From Eledone cirrhosa (Eukaryota): 64,000 nt of DNA. The stretch's first letter is position 1. Every line of letters begins with the position of its first letter. The stretch covers positions 214,768,001 to 214,832,000 of the forward strand of contig OZ024743.1 of the NCBI GenBank assembly GCA_964016885.1, given 5' to 3'. The translations under genes and the position numbers were made by a program. Shown one piece after another: positions 37,101 through 50,520 of this stretch. The notes under the pieces are model-generated. The model made no database searches and had not been told where the DNA came from. It worked only from the letters and a program-made list of their open reading frames with translations.

Positions 37101-39194
37101 GCTAATCAGGAAAGACGAGAACAAGGGGGCCGAGATAAGTAACTTCAGGCCCATAGCTCTTCTAAACACAGAGTTAAAGATTTTGGCCAGGGTATTAGCA
37201 ACGAGGCTGGCGCTTGTCGTCAAGAACCTGGTGGGAAAAGCTCAAACGTGTGCAATTCAAACCAGGTCCATACACGACAACGTCCGCCTCATGCGATACA
37301 TCATAGAGAGAGTGGGGTGTAAACTCGGCTTCGGTGAGGCTCTGATAAATTTAAATCAGTCTAAAGCGTTTCGTAGGGTCGACCATCAATACTTGGAAGC
37401 AGTTTTCAAGTCGGCGAGATTCGGACCCGTCTTCAGAGGCTGGATCACAGCCATGCATACAAACATCTACTCGACAGTCAACGTGAACGGCTACCTATCC
37501 GAGCCGTTCCCAATCACGCCTTCCATCCGACAGGGATGCCCTCCCTCCTCCATTTTGTACGTATTGACTATTGACCTACTACTGCGGAAGTTGGAGCTTG
37601 TGCCGACGACGTGACAGTAATTGTGTCGAAAACATCGGAAATCGGGCGATCCGCAACTTACTGCAGGAAATACGAAAGACTTAGAGGAGCAAAACTCAAC
37701 CCGGACAAATCTGTCGGTTTGCAGCTCGGAACGTGGAGAGGCAAACCGATGCCGTCTTAGAACGTCGTCGGACGCTGGATGGAATGACGGGAGAAATTGC
37801 TCGAGGTCTGGTTCGGTCCGGACCTCCAGGTGGAAAAAAAACTGGAACGAGGTCACGGCCAATATATTTGCGCTCAGCGAGAAGTGGGCAGAGTGCAAAC
37901 TGTCCTTGAAAAGTCTAGCGGAGGTGGTGAACACTTTCCTAGCGTCCGTCATCTACTACCGCTTGACCTTCGTGCATTGTCCTAGTGAATACCTCACCAA
38001 GATGGAACACATACTCTTCCAATTACTTTGAAAGGAGCAGACTCCACTGCTGAGGAGATCCGTCTGCTGCCAGCACCCCTTCCAACGGAGGGCTGGGAAT
38101 GCCGTGGGTGATGATGCGCAAAAACGCTCTGAGGATACCCCATCTCCAGGTATTCCTCACCGACAAACCGGTGTGGGCCCCGTAACTTGTCTTGCTGACG
38201 GAGCTGCAGTCGTGGGTCAAGCAGAGACCTGGAGAAAATGGGCACCTGGCACATTGAATGCGCTCAGGCGCTCACAGTCCTGTCATGCGGGAACAGAAAT
38301 CAGTGAAGACTCCACTTCAACATTCTATAGAGGGATAGTACGACACAAGTGCGACGACGTGCTTGGAGAGACTCTGTCGTCGAAGACAACGAGCTCACCA
38401 GTCTGTTCGTTAGGACTTTCCACCCGGGACCTATGGAGAGCTTCCAAAGCTCCCTTTCCTGGTAGTGCTATTGAGGAGCTCTACCAGTACGCAATAAGAT
38501 CTACAGGCACGGGCGTCCCGGCAGGGAACCTTCAAAGATGACATTCCAAGATGCGAGCGGGACATTGAATCCGTCCTGCACGCAACTGTACACTGCCCCG
38601 GCGTAACCGAACTGTGGAACTACGCAGAGCAATTGCTGTCGCGTGTGGGGCATATCCAATTGACTGCCGTCACCATAGTAACGATCAAACCGCCATCTTC
38701 ATTTAAACACGAATGAGACGTGGTTTTCCTCTGTATAGTGGCTATGGTTAAACAGGTTATATGGTGGACAAGGGTGATAGGACTGAGGACAGATGCCTTT
38801 CTCTTTGGACAACAACTCATTCCCTTCTTTAGGTACGACTTTAGAAAGAGAATCAGAGTCGAGAGAGAAGTACTGCATCCTAGTAAATTTACTGAAAGGT
38901 GGGTGAATGTGGCAAAAATGGCCTGAATGATTGGGCCTTCTCTGTATATAAAACTGTAGGTTGAAGAAGAGAGCAAAAAGAAGAAAGGAGAACTTGCACA
39001 ACATGCTCCTGAAATTGAGGGTTGTTCTATCTACGGGATATAAAAAAAAAACATTTGTAACGCCTCCCCCTTAGTGGGGATTTCGATTGTTGAATTTATA
39101 TGTTAAAATTTGTTACACCATTGTATGTAAAATCCCCGCCATATGTATTTGTAGTGTTCCCTCTTTATTTGCTCCCTTGTGGCAAATAAAGAAA
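34151..39194 (+). mobile_element. Near full-length decayed L1/Tx1-clade LINE (ORF1; ORF2 APE-RT-CCHC)
   Basis: APE motifs LLMGDWN, SYLDR and YSDHKLV. RT motifs KSPGLDG, NFRPIALLN, KAF.RVDH, IRQGCP and CADD. C-terminal RC...ESVLH..VHC..LW. Ends AATAAAGAAA. Flanked by (TATC)n and TCTCTCTATC. Confidence 0.88.
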
Positions 39195-40984
39195 TCTCTC
39201 TATCTCTCTCTCTATATATATATATAAATTCATACACATATGCGTGTGTGTTCCTGGATTTATATGATAAAATCATTATATCGATATATAACAAAACACT
39301 GACAGCTGTGCTCTTTGCAGCAATCTCCAGTATAATTGAATTTGATGAATACATTTTTATTTCAGTTTAATACTTAAGTAGGTCAAGAAATATATTCATC
39401 TTGCTTACAAGAACATTTTTTTTTTAAATCTTAAAATAAGCTCAATTAGATTCCCATGCGGAAAATTCTAGATGCGTGGATGAAAGACTTTTACACTTTC
39501 ATACAACTTTAGTGAAAATAAAAAAAAAATACATTGAAGAATTATATGAACAGTAAAGAAAGATTAACAAATTTGGAAATTAATTAGTGACATTGAAAGA
39601 ATGAAAGAAAAATATGTAATTGATATTCTACAAAATTAAAATACTATTTCAAAATTAATTTTTCTATATTCTATTTTGAAACATACTTGAACACTATAGT
39701 AATGGCCATTTCAGTAGAAATAATTGCTAAATATTGGTTTCAGTTTTAAGCACAGGACAACAATCTTGGTGAGAGGAACGTCCATAAAACTGAACCAGGT
39801 GCATTACTGTTACGTTACTACCCCGTATGGATGAACGGCAAAGATAACATCGGGAGGATTTGATCGTAAAAGGCCGTAGCCCTACATACAGAAGGATAGA
39901 TAATTAAAGTACTCACCTGAGGAGAGAATCAATCCAAAAAGTATCCAAAATTTTCCTACATGTCTCACTATAAAAATTCGACTCTGTAAATTAACTAGTT
40001 AATTTCCTAATTAAGTGTATCACATACAACCACCACATGGTTTTAAACTAAAAAGGCAGTCATTATAGGATAAGTGCTAAAATTAGCAATCAAAATGTTT
40101 CCCTCTATGGCAACTCTACAAATTTAAAATCTGGTGTAGCTATACTATGATTAGGCTAAATCTATACATATACAGTGTATATAGATTAAATTAATCAACA
40201 AATACAGCTCAAGCAACGTAATGTATACACAGTTAAACGATATACTAAAAAGACACTTTCTTTTATCTAGTTGATAAACAATTAGTATGATCGTCATAAG
40301 TATAGAATGACAAATAATAATGTACTCATTCATAGAAAAAAAATGAAGCCAAATTTGTCTAAAGTGCAAATATACAGCTGTTTCATGATACATTCTAGAA
40401 TACGATGCCTATAATTGTTCTAATGATTGGGTTTAATCACCATTGGCTTTGTCTGGTTTTTGTGTCTGAGTCTCTGTTAGCTTCAAATTGCCTATCCTAC
40501 ATTCTAAAGCTAACAGTCACAATCGTATGTTATTCACATTAATTATGTAATGTTTGAAGACATTATACAAGAGGCACCAGGATGTCATCAGTCAGTGTTA
40601 GTCCTTATATCTGTGTCAGGGCCTGATTGTTAGAAACCACGAGAAAATATATATTCCCCATTTGACATCTATTAAGCATATAATTTGATTTAAATATGTA
40701 TGGTTACGAAATATGTTTAAATATATATTGCTCAATAATTTGAAGATATACATCTAGTTGCAGTGGATGCGACTGATATCAACTCTGCCTGATACTACCT
40801 TTATCATACCTATTTCTGGTAACATTCCCAGATAATCTGGTACTTACTCCCCAACAGCGAAGTAAACTAAGACAATGTAGATTAAGGTAATCTGTTTAGA
40901 AACATAATAAAACAACTTAAGAAGATTTCAACTAAGAGCTTGTGAACTGGTAGACCAATATCTTATTCTCCTGATTATCTCTAT

Positions 40985-41200
40985 AATGGTTTCCGAATTA
41001 GGCACAGTCCCAACAATTTCTTTTTTATGGGGGGGGGGATGTCGATTAAATCGATGCCAGTGCATGACTGGTACTTTATTTTATCAACTTTGTAAGGATG
41101 GAAGGCAAAGCTAACCTCGGCGGGATTTGAAAGCAGAATGTAAATGACCATAACTATATGCCAGGAAGCAGGCTTGCCGGCGCTCTACTGATTCTACTAA
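40985..41200 (-). mobile_element. Nin-domain tRNA-SINE
   Basis: Reverse complement of GCCTT(T/C)CATCCTTAC..GATAAAATAAAGTACCAGT core and TTCAAATCCCGCCGAGG B-box region. Confidence 0.75.
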
Positions 41201-41354
41201 TCGAACTATAATGTCAAGTAATCCATTTACCAAAGACTGCCCTCATTTAGTGATTAAAAAGAAGAGACACTGAAGAAACGGCCGTCGATACATCCCTTTG
41301 CTTTTGCCGAGACCAAGTAAGTACATATATATATATATGTGTGTGTGTGTGTGA

Positions 41355-42507
41355 CCTGCGTGTGACCAGCTCGGAATGGGCAAGGGAGATAAATGCGTAA
41401 GTCCGAAAAGTTTTTAGTTGAAAAATAAAATTACAAAGAATCAGTCCGGAGACTTGTAGTTATTCAATAGGTGTTTGGCGACGGGTGGACAACGTGTGAA
41501 AAATTCATTTCTCGTGTTTAGGCAATCACTATTACGTAATCTCATTAGAATAGTTATTATTTCTTCAATACATAAGCCACACGTAGGATTTCTCTTTGCG
41601 TATGGCTTGGACTTAGTGATGGCTTTCCATTGAATAGAGTAGTCTATACATGAGTCCTTGAGGGACCATAAGTAGCTCGCGAGTTTCGTGGATGAACCAT
41701 CTGTCCAGGTAACTGAGGGTAGACTGGTGGTTCAGGAAACGTTCCTTAAATCGGCCCTCCGCCATGCCGACATAGGATTTGACCTTCTGAGGTTCGTTTG
41801 GTCGGTTGGAAGTGACCACAGCTTCGTAAATTACAGCTGGTGTCTTGCATTGCTGTTGAAGAGGGCAAGCTTCAGGCTTACGGCAAGAGCACCCTGGTGG
41901 GGTGTTGCTCCTAGGGCTACTGGTGATGTGGGCCTTCATGTTCTTAGCGCAGGATTATCCTAGTTTGTTCATCCACGAAACTCGCGAGCCACGTATGGTC
42001 CCTCAAGGACTCAAATATAGACTACTCCATTTAATGGAAGCCATCACTAAGTCCAAGCCGAAAACCGACGTGTGGCTTATGTATTGACGAACGAATAACT
42101 ATTCTAAAGAGATTACGCAATAGTGATTGCCTAAACACGAGAAATGAATTTTTCACACGTTGTCCACACGTCGCCAAACACCTATTAAATAACTATAAGG
42201 TTCCGGACTGATTCTTTGTAATTTTATTTTTCAACTAAAAACTTTTCGGACTTTCGCAGATATCTCCCTTAAATATCTCGCACGCATTGTAGAATTCCTT
42301 GTGTGAAATGACCGGGTTTCTGCGCATCTGCGTTCGTACGGCTGTCCTTCCTGTTCCTATAACCCTGCCCATTCCGAGCTTAGGATCCGCTAAGGTGAAA
42401 CAATTGTTCTCGGTATGGTGAACTAACTGTTGTGTAACCACTTCTACCTAACTCTTCCCATGGACTGAGTGCTCTACCATTACGGATATTACCTTCCGGT
42501 GTTCAAC

Positions 42508-42510
<3 letters not shown>
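41355..42510. mobile_element. Truncated Hydra-like PLE: GIY-YIG fragment with inverted pLTR
   Basis: Minus-strand CSCRKPEACPLQQQC..VIY..YVGMAEGRFKERF.NH. 41380-41698 is inverted relative to 41967-42270. A core-deleted HHR (GAAACAATTGTT) lies at ~42370-42420. Confidence 0.85.
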
Positions 42511-42545
<35 letters not shown>

Positions 42546-43527
42546 GCAAGCATGTGCATGACTGTGTTTCCCTGTTACTATGCGTGTGACCTTTGAGTGT
42601 AAGTGTAGGAAGGGGTTTGGAATATTTCAATTTATCAAGTAATATTATCCTTACTATCTAATAAATATTGTACATGGCCTATGATTTAAATCAATTGCAA
42701 ATACGTTTCTGTCTAATTACGACTATCTGCAGGATATGCTTTTATTAAGTGGTATCTGGAAATCAACATATTTCTGAAATTAATGCTGGTTGTACTATAT
42801 TCATGAGATTGATGACGCTAAATTGCTTTCTAAGAATATGAAATTTATTCACTTTGTAATGGCTGGTTACATTAAAATGTTGTTCCACCTTACTTCACGT
42901 TATACAACGGAACGCCAGTAGCATTGGCCAGATTGCTTTAGCCAGGAAGGAAAACAAGCAAGGAATGAATAAGACGAGAGGAGAGAAAAATATAGTGTGT
43001 CGAACTGAGATGACTGTAACTGCCTTAATTGACGTTCAGTTTAAATTCAGATGTTCTGCTCTCTGAGGAAGTAATCGTTATAAACCAAATTATTATTTCT
43101 AATAAATGTATATTCGTATTGAAACTATTTATTTAATACCTGCCGCATTAAATCACACACTTGACTATGAACGCATATATAATTAATTGCACCCAAGCTG
43201 AACATAACGAACACACAGTGCACGTTAGCCATGCGATAATAAATAGTTGCTTTGCCATGTAATTACCTTTAATATATGGCATTAACATTTGCTAGTATCA
43301 ATGTTCCGGGAATAATTACCTAATTTCTTAATATTCTATTGGTAGTAATCAATAATATCTATATGCAAATACTAAATATCTTAAATTTCAAATTATACAT
43401 TGTAAGACACATTATTTGCATAGCTCATCGACGTGCTGGAGTTGTATTACACTGCTGCAATTTCTTGCTTCTATAATTCATAAGCCGATTTCTGTTATAA
43501 TTACAAAGAAAATCTAACAAAATATAA

Positions 43528-43885
43528 TAATTGTTTCTAATTTTGGCACAAGGGCAGCAATTACCCAGTACATTGCTGGTACTTTATTTTATCGACCCCG
43601 TAAGGATGAAAGCCAAAGTTAACCTCGGCAGGATTTGAACTCAGATCGTAAAAAGACGTAACTACGCTGGAACGCATGTCTGACCCTCTACCAATACTAT
43701 TATTATAATAATTGTTTCTACTTTAGGCACAAGGCCAGCACTTACGCAGTGCATTACCGGTACTTTATTTTATCGACCCCATAAGGATGAAAGGCAAAGT
43801 CAACCTAAGCGGGATTTGAACTCAGATCGTAAAGGGACGTAACTATGCTGGAAAGATTGGCGTCCGACCCTCCCTGCTAATTATA
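43528..43885 (-). mobile_element. Two tandem Nin-domain tRNA-SINEs
   Basis: Two ~180-bp copies containing GTACTTTATTTTATCGACCCC.TAAGGATGAAAG.CAAAGT and GGATTTGAACTCAGA. Confidence 0.8.
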
Positions 43886-44162
43886 ATAATAATGTCCGAC
43901 TAGAAATCAGTTAAAACTGTCTCATTTAAACTTAAAGAATGGTAGACATATATCCTCATGCATAGACACACACATTAACACGAAGGAGAGATATTATTTT
44001 TATTCTTTATTCATTCACTTGTAGTAGATTACAACATTCTGGGGAACCTCCTGGGTTTACTCGTGCCTAAAGACACTAGTACTTATTTTTAAAGCCAGGT
44101 AACTGGTTTTTCAATCTTTTTACTTGTCGCAACGCTATGTTACTGGACATAATACACACACA

Positions 44163-44274
<112 letters not shown>

Positions 44275-44329
44275 CGCAAACACACACACACACACACATA
44301 CACACGCACACGCACACACACACACACAC

Positions 44330-44364
<35 letters not shown>

Positions 44365-44410
44365 TATATACACACACACATACACTGTGTATATATATAT
44401 ATATATATAT

Positions 44411-45637
44411 ATAATTGGAAATCAGTAAAATCGAATCTCTGGCGGTTTGCAAGTAAATTCGGCCTAATTATATGAAATGATGAGTTAGCAAAGCACTCGA
44501 TAAGATAGGACATCAGAGTAATAACATACCTTTAAATAGCTTGACACATCGAACATTGTGGTAGGCGAAACTAACACATAATACATACCAAAGCAACGAT
44601 AGAACTAATCAGGTTGAGAAAAGTACACCTGGACAAAGCAAACGGGCAATCGTTTAAAGTGTTTCTTTGAATCCGAAATCAAATATCAGACTTACGTGAA
44701 TGGCAAGCTCGTGGTATTGTTGATCGAACAGAGGATTCAGTTTATCAACAGGTTTTCGTTCTGCTTAGAACCGGAGTGATGAATTATATGTTGCAGCTCG
44801 GATGGCTGCTAATCGTATCTATAGTTATCACGTGTTAATTCCGGCAAGGGAAATAAGCCCCGGTTTTAGGCAGGTCATTCAAAATGCTAGCGAAAGGAAA
44901 TATTTTAATTTCCGCTAATCATCATCATAAGCTCTCGACTAGATGTTATAAAACAAACACAAATAATTAACCAATCAACAGAATTGCCTAATTAAATTAA
45001 TTATTTAATTATTAAATCTAGGAGATTAATATAATTGGAAATCAGTGAATTCGAATCTCTGGCGGTTTGCAAGTAAATTCGGCCTACTTATATGAAATGA
45101 TGAGTTAGCAAAATACTCGATAAGATAGGACCTCAGAGTAATAACATACGTTTAAGTAGCTTGACAAATCGAACGTTGTGGTAGGCGAAACTAACACACA
45201 ATACATACCAAAGCAACGATAGAACTAATCAGGTTGAGAAAAGAACACCTGGACAAAGCAAACGAGCAATCGTTTAAAGTGTTTCTTTGAATCCGAAATC
45301 AAATATCAGACTTACGTGAATGGCAAGCTCATGGTATTGGTTTTCGAACAGACGATTCAGTTTATCAACAGGTTTTCGTTCTGCTTAGAACCGGAGTGAT
45401 AAATTATATGTTGCAGCTCGGATGGCTGCTAATCGTATCTATATTTATCACGTGTTAATTCCGGCAAGGGAAATAAGCCCCGGTTTTAGGCGGGTCATTC
45501 AAAATGGTAGCGAAAGGAAATATTTTAATTTCCGCTAATCATCATGTTAAGCTCTCGACTAGATGTTATAAAACAAACACAAATAATTAACCAATCAACA
45601 GCATTGTCTAATTAAATTAATTAGTTAATTATTAAAT
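44411..45637 (+). repeat. Head-to-tail dimer of a ~620-bp non-coding TA-flanked element
   Basis: ATAATTGGAAATCAGT starts at 44411 and 45031; the two copies are near identical. A diverged third copy lies on the minus strand at 54122-54708. Confidence 0.9.
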
Positions 45638-45648
45638 ATATCTATATA

Positions 45649-45688
<40 letters not shown>

Positions 45689-45776
45689 TAAGTTATTCCG
45701 GGTTGAATCGGAGGTAACCAGAGTAAGTAAGGTACTCAATATATAGCAGTGTATAACAGAATCTCTTCTATATTGA

Positions 45777-45818
<42 letters not shown>

Positions 45819-45867
45819 TTATACATACATACATATATATATACATATATATATAACACCCATATAT

Positions 45868-45898
<31 letters not shown>

Positions 45899-46044
45899 CC
45901 TATAACGAAGGAGTTGTGGTAAGGAACCAGATGGACCATAACGCACCAGAGTACTCAATACTTTGGGTAGTAGAGTGGGTAATAGGAAATAGCCGTCGAA
46001 ACGGCTTGAGCTCTGCCGTCGGGGTCATACATTTTCCTGTTTCT

Positions 46045-46091
<47 letters not shown>

Positions 46092-46124
46092 CATATATAT
46101 ATATATATTCATATATATACATAT

Positions 46125-46227
<103 letters not shown>

Positions 46228-46419
46228 TCATTTTCCTTTTTTTTAGCCCCTGGTGAGTATTGTTTAAGAAACTCTATATGAATTGGACAGTAGAATTAAA
46301 TCTGTTTAGACTAGTAATGACGATGTAAATTGACCATGAAACAATTAGGAACGAATTCCTTTTTAAATTATGAAATAAAGTATATGTGAATTAGTCATGA
46401 AAGAATTAAGAAAATATTC

Positions 46420-46830
46420 TATAATGCCTCCATTAATACACATGCAAATTGAACTCAGGAATATTACTGTGACTTGGAGAGAATTTCAATAACAATTATA
46501 TGATGTAGAATATGCATTATTAATTCGCGTTATAAACGATGTTTTAGAAATAATTACTAGATTCGCTTCTGTTGCTTGCATTTTGATTCACTTCTTGTTT
46601 CTATCTTTTTTTCATTATTTCGTATTTAATGGATTGTATAATCAATATTAAGAGAGATACTATTATGTTGGTTTGAAGTATTATGGAATAATTTTGAAAA
46701 TTACATTTCCTCTTATAACCTCAAGAGATCAATTAGCTAATGGAATTCAATTTCAGATAGGGTATCTCAGAAAAGACGCACAAGAAATTGCCCTTCCAAT
46801 TCCTAAATCTTGTGTTGTAATGTTTTCATT
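46420..46830 (+). pseudogene. Decayed TLR-like transmembrane and juxtamembrane/TIR start
   Basis: Hydrophobic IITRFASVACILIHFLFLSFFHYFRI*W resembles a TLR TM followed by Y.FRW. LRR-like ISTLPDTTF lies at ~40777-40803 and ILSLLSNK at ~42643. Confidence 0.35.
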
Positions 46831-47082
46831 TACTTTGACTATAGAAGATAAACAGCAGAAACAAGAATAATAAAATAATTAGTGGGTTGTTAACATCATT
46901 TCCAACGAAATATGTATGTGTTTTCTGAATCTCATGATAATATACTAATATTTATAAGTCCTAGGCATCATATATATTCGAAATTGTGCATTAGTGCTTT
47001 CATATTCCTTGTTTTCACCATTGTAAATTCCAAACTACTTCGTGCACCGGCGATATATTGCAAATTGGTCGAAATTTCGAAA

Positions 47083-47520
47083 TACCGTATTTGTCGCCTT
47101 ATACGTCGCATAGGATTATGTGATACATCTCAATTTGGGCAGGCATTAACAAAAGTAGGTTTGTAATGAGTTTCAACTACGAACGTCATGTGAAGTGTAA
47201 ACAGTATGTTCATTTTATTCGTTTGTTATCCTTCTAGATCGTAATGCTAGTTGTAAAATGTCAGTACCGTTTTAAAACTATCATAACATTTATTAAAATT
47301 GTAGCTTTGTCTTTAGGAGAGATTTGCCATTTTTGGTTTAAAAGCGATCGCTAATTTGTTTACATTTGCAGAGATATTTGCAGTTTAATTTAAGGGTTCT
47401 TACATCATTAGGACACCACTAGCCAGTAAACCAAATTGACCCTTGAATATTAAGACGCAGGTTGATTTTTAGGATCATGTTTTTGGAAGAAGAAATTGCG
47501 TCTTATTTAGCCGTGAAATA
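47083..47520. mobile_element. Degenerate pogo/Tigger-type MITE
   Basis: TA-CCGTATTTGTCGCCTTATACGTCGCA ... TGCGTCTTATTTAGCCGTGAAATA, with internal subterminal TAAGACGCA. Confidence 0.6.
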
Positions 47521-47807
47521 TTTAACTAATTTCCCGGGAGCAGGTTATTTTAATTTAACATTTGCAACATATATTATAGAACGTTGAAGCTGCTTCTAAT
47601 TTTTACATGAAGCAGAGTATATATAGATTCAATGGCCATGACACCGTTTCAAAACGAATATTCAAGAGGCATTGTCTTGTATTAGATTGTTTTATAATTC
47701 CGAGAATGCTGTCGAACACGACATGCACATGTAAACGACCAGAAACTTGTGATCTGAACACCTAGGATGAAGACAATAATCAACATATATAAATAAATAT
47801 ATAAATA

Positions 47808-47920
47808 ACTGTTTCTACTTTTCGCACAAGGCCAGCAATTATCCTAGTGCATTACTGATACTTAATTATTATCAACCCCTTTAGGATGAAAGGCAAAGTT
47901 AACATCGGCGGCATTTGAAA
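47808..47920 (-). mobile_element. Nin-domain SINE 3' fragment
   Basis: TTATCAACCCCTTTAGGATGAAAGGCAAAGTTAAC core. Confidence 0.65.
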
Positions 47921-48860
47921 TATATAAATATATATATATAAATAATGATAATCATTTCTCAAATAAATTGAGAAAAAATGAATAGCTTTCAGATATAAAT
48001 AATTAAAACATAGCAACCATAAATAGTGAACATAATATATAGGCTCTGTATGCGTGAAGATTGCCATTCTTCTTACTAATTATTATGTTGGAATTAAGAA
48101 TATAGCATGTTCAATAAGGCGGTTCAGGCTAAACTGACCTTGAATGATAATCGAGCGAGTCACAACACACAAAACTCTGAGGTATACGTATGCTCCGTCA
48201 CTTCTCCACAAAAGAAACATTGTAGGAGAAATTGGGAATATGAAGCTAATAGAATAAACAAATAGATTAATAGGTGTCCTTTATAATATTACATATCTAT
48301 TTAATAACGTTAATAGGAATACATTTTTTCCGTCTTGAAACACGTGTAACACATGATATAGAATAGGATATACATAATTACTCACATTTTTAAGGGATTT
48401 ATATTATATATAAAGTTATAGAAAACAACTGAAATGTATGTAATCCATCTTATGTATAAACACACGAAATAGTTTTACGATGAAAGATGCTAGTGATATT
48501 GATATATACTTTTTTACAATTATAATCGGTTTTAATATATAAATTTATATATTTGAAATGAAATGAATTACAATTTCAATTGTTGTAATAGAGATGTATT
48601 GTGATGGAACATTAACCAATACATTCCTAACCTTTTCATCCAGACTGATATTATTTTGAGACATTAAACCGTCATAATTGCAATGTTATTCTGCCTCATA
48701 TTCGACAATATATTGATTTTGAAATAGCTTGTTGAACTCCATCACGATATAGGCATTGTGTTTTAGATACTATTGTTAGTTCTAAAATGTCAAACGGAGA
48801 CATATGCACATATAGACAGATAAAGTCACACAACGTATTATATATATATATATATATATA

Positions 48861-48916
<56 letters not shown>

Positions 48917-49107
48917 TGCGCGTGTGTGTGTACATACTTCCATATACACATATATAGAAACAACTTATGGTTAGAAAGCAGAGAGCGGAATTTGAAAATT
49001 GAATTCGACGATCTAATTATGACAAGGCATGTAAGTCCACTGTATGGAAAAGGTGGGCTACAGCACATGTGCTGATACCAATCATTTTTATTATTATGAT
49101 GATATTG

Positions 49108-49515
49108 AGGGTGGTGGATTGGCAGTATTGATAGAGAGTTGGACACCATGCTTTACGGCATAGGTTCAAATCCCGCCGATGTTAACTTTGCCTTTCATCC
49201 TTACGGGCTCGATAAAATAAAGCAACAGTAATGTACTGGTGTCGAGTTAATCGATCTTCCCCTCCCCCCAAATTACTGGCCTTGTGCCCATAATAGAACT
49301 CATTATTATTATGCTATGGTAGGTCGGTGGATTGGCAGTATCGGTAGACGGTCGGAAGCCATGCTTTCCAGCATAGTTACGTCCCTTTGCGGTCTGAGTT
49401 CAAATCCCGCCGAGGTTAACTTTGCCTTTCATCCTTACGTGATCGATAAAATAAAGTACCAGTAATGTACTGGGTTATTGCTGGCATTGTGCCTAAAGTA
49501 GAAACAATTATTATT
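49108..49515 (+). mobile_element. Two tandem Nin-domain tRNA-SINEs
   Basis: GGTGGATTGGCAGTAT A-box region, GTTCAAATCC B-box, GCCTTTCATCCTTACG..GATAAAATAAAG core and (TTA)n tails. Confidence 0.8.
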
Positions 49516-49519
49516 AGGC

Positions 49520-49915
49520 TATTGCATTTTCAATATGTTACTTAATCGACAGAAAGTGATCTGCGACTTGCACTTGATAAGTTTCATGCCAAGTGTTGCT
49601 TGGCTGTGAGTCACTCCAGATAGAGCTGCTACATCGCTGAAATGAGAGATCACAGCTCCTATACGAAAGATGAGAGGTTCGCATATCTCAAGAAAGCATT
49701 ACTGGACATATGTTATGGGCAAAACGGCAGTAATCCCAGGAGTACACTGCTATCAAGATGGTTGGATAACATCTATGAACTTGGTTGGACTCTCTTGGGG
49801 ATGGAGCCGAATCAGTTGGAGATGGTTTCTTCTGTTAGAACCCGCTGGAACTAATGTTTGCGGACACTGTCCAATGCACCATTTAAGGAATAAGTGGGCG
49901 GAGAAGTAGTAGCAG
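49520..49915 (+). mobile_element. Old RTE 3' remnant
   Basis: Similar to 8560-8990 (..L.YW.Y..V...Q; RWLD.I..LGW; AAGTGGGCGGAGAAG end). Confidence 0.45.
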
Positions 49916-50129
49916 AAGTTGCAGCAATCCCTCTCTCACATTCTCTCCTTCTCTCTCTCTGTATGCCTGTATGTCTCTCTGTCGCTCTCTATATATCTAT
50001 TTATATGTATATACATATGTAGGGGGTGTATACATATTGTATATATGTTTGTGTGTATGTGTTAGTGTATTTGTGGCGTCGTCGATTCAATCCGAGCAAA
50101 ACGAGATTCTTATCGAAGACAGCTGGTAT

Positions 50130-50520
50130 AAGAGTTTAGATTTTATCTCATACATAATCAAAGGTACCAGGCAGAGACCTTATACAGTACACAAAAACAA
50201 ACAAGCCAGACCCCGTGAAAAATCTGGTGATATGGTACAGGACAGATTTAAACAATTATTATTTATGCAATTCTCTTTATTTAGGCATTCCAATATGAAA
50301 TCCACCACAGCGCTGGCAAAATTGGTCTGGCAATTAACGAAAATGGAGTACCGTATAACATTACACGTGTCATACAAAAATAGAAGGAAGAGATGCCCTC
50401 TCTGCTTCAATAAGACATTTAGGATGTTGTAGGTTTTAATAATCAACGGAAACTTAACTTTAACTCCAAGTCGGAGATATGTAGAAATATCCTGTCACCG
50501 GGCATGTAAAATCCTTCATT
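50130..50520 (+). mobile_element. Decayed Hydra-like PLE GIY-YIG remnant
   Basis: RFKQ..SLFRHSNMKSTTALAKLVWQL..RCPLC..LNSKSE..CH, collinear with the EN of 1091-1927. Confidence 0.65.

Noticed and set aside
39917-39983. Possible minus-strand signal-peptide exon (TTACAG...CAG/GTGAGT; SRIFIVRHVGKFWILFGLILSS)
   Set aside because: The splice sites are good, but no convincing partner exons were found; it cannot be supported without transcripts.
41265-41295. CTGAAGAAACGGCCGTC as a hammerhead
   Set aside because: There is no stem II or stem I, and it lies in SINE-adjacent sequence.
49108-49515. tRNA genes
   Set aside because: The A/B boxes continue into the SINE core and no cloverleaf acceptor stem is seen.
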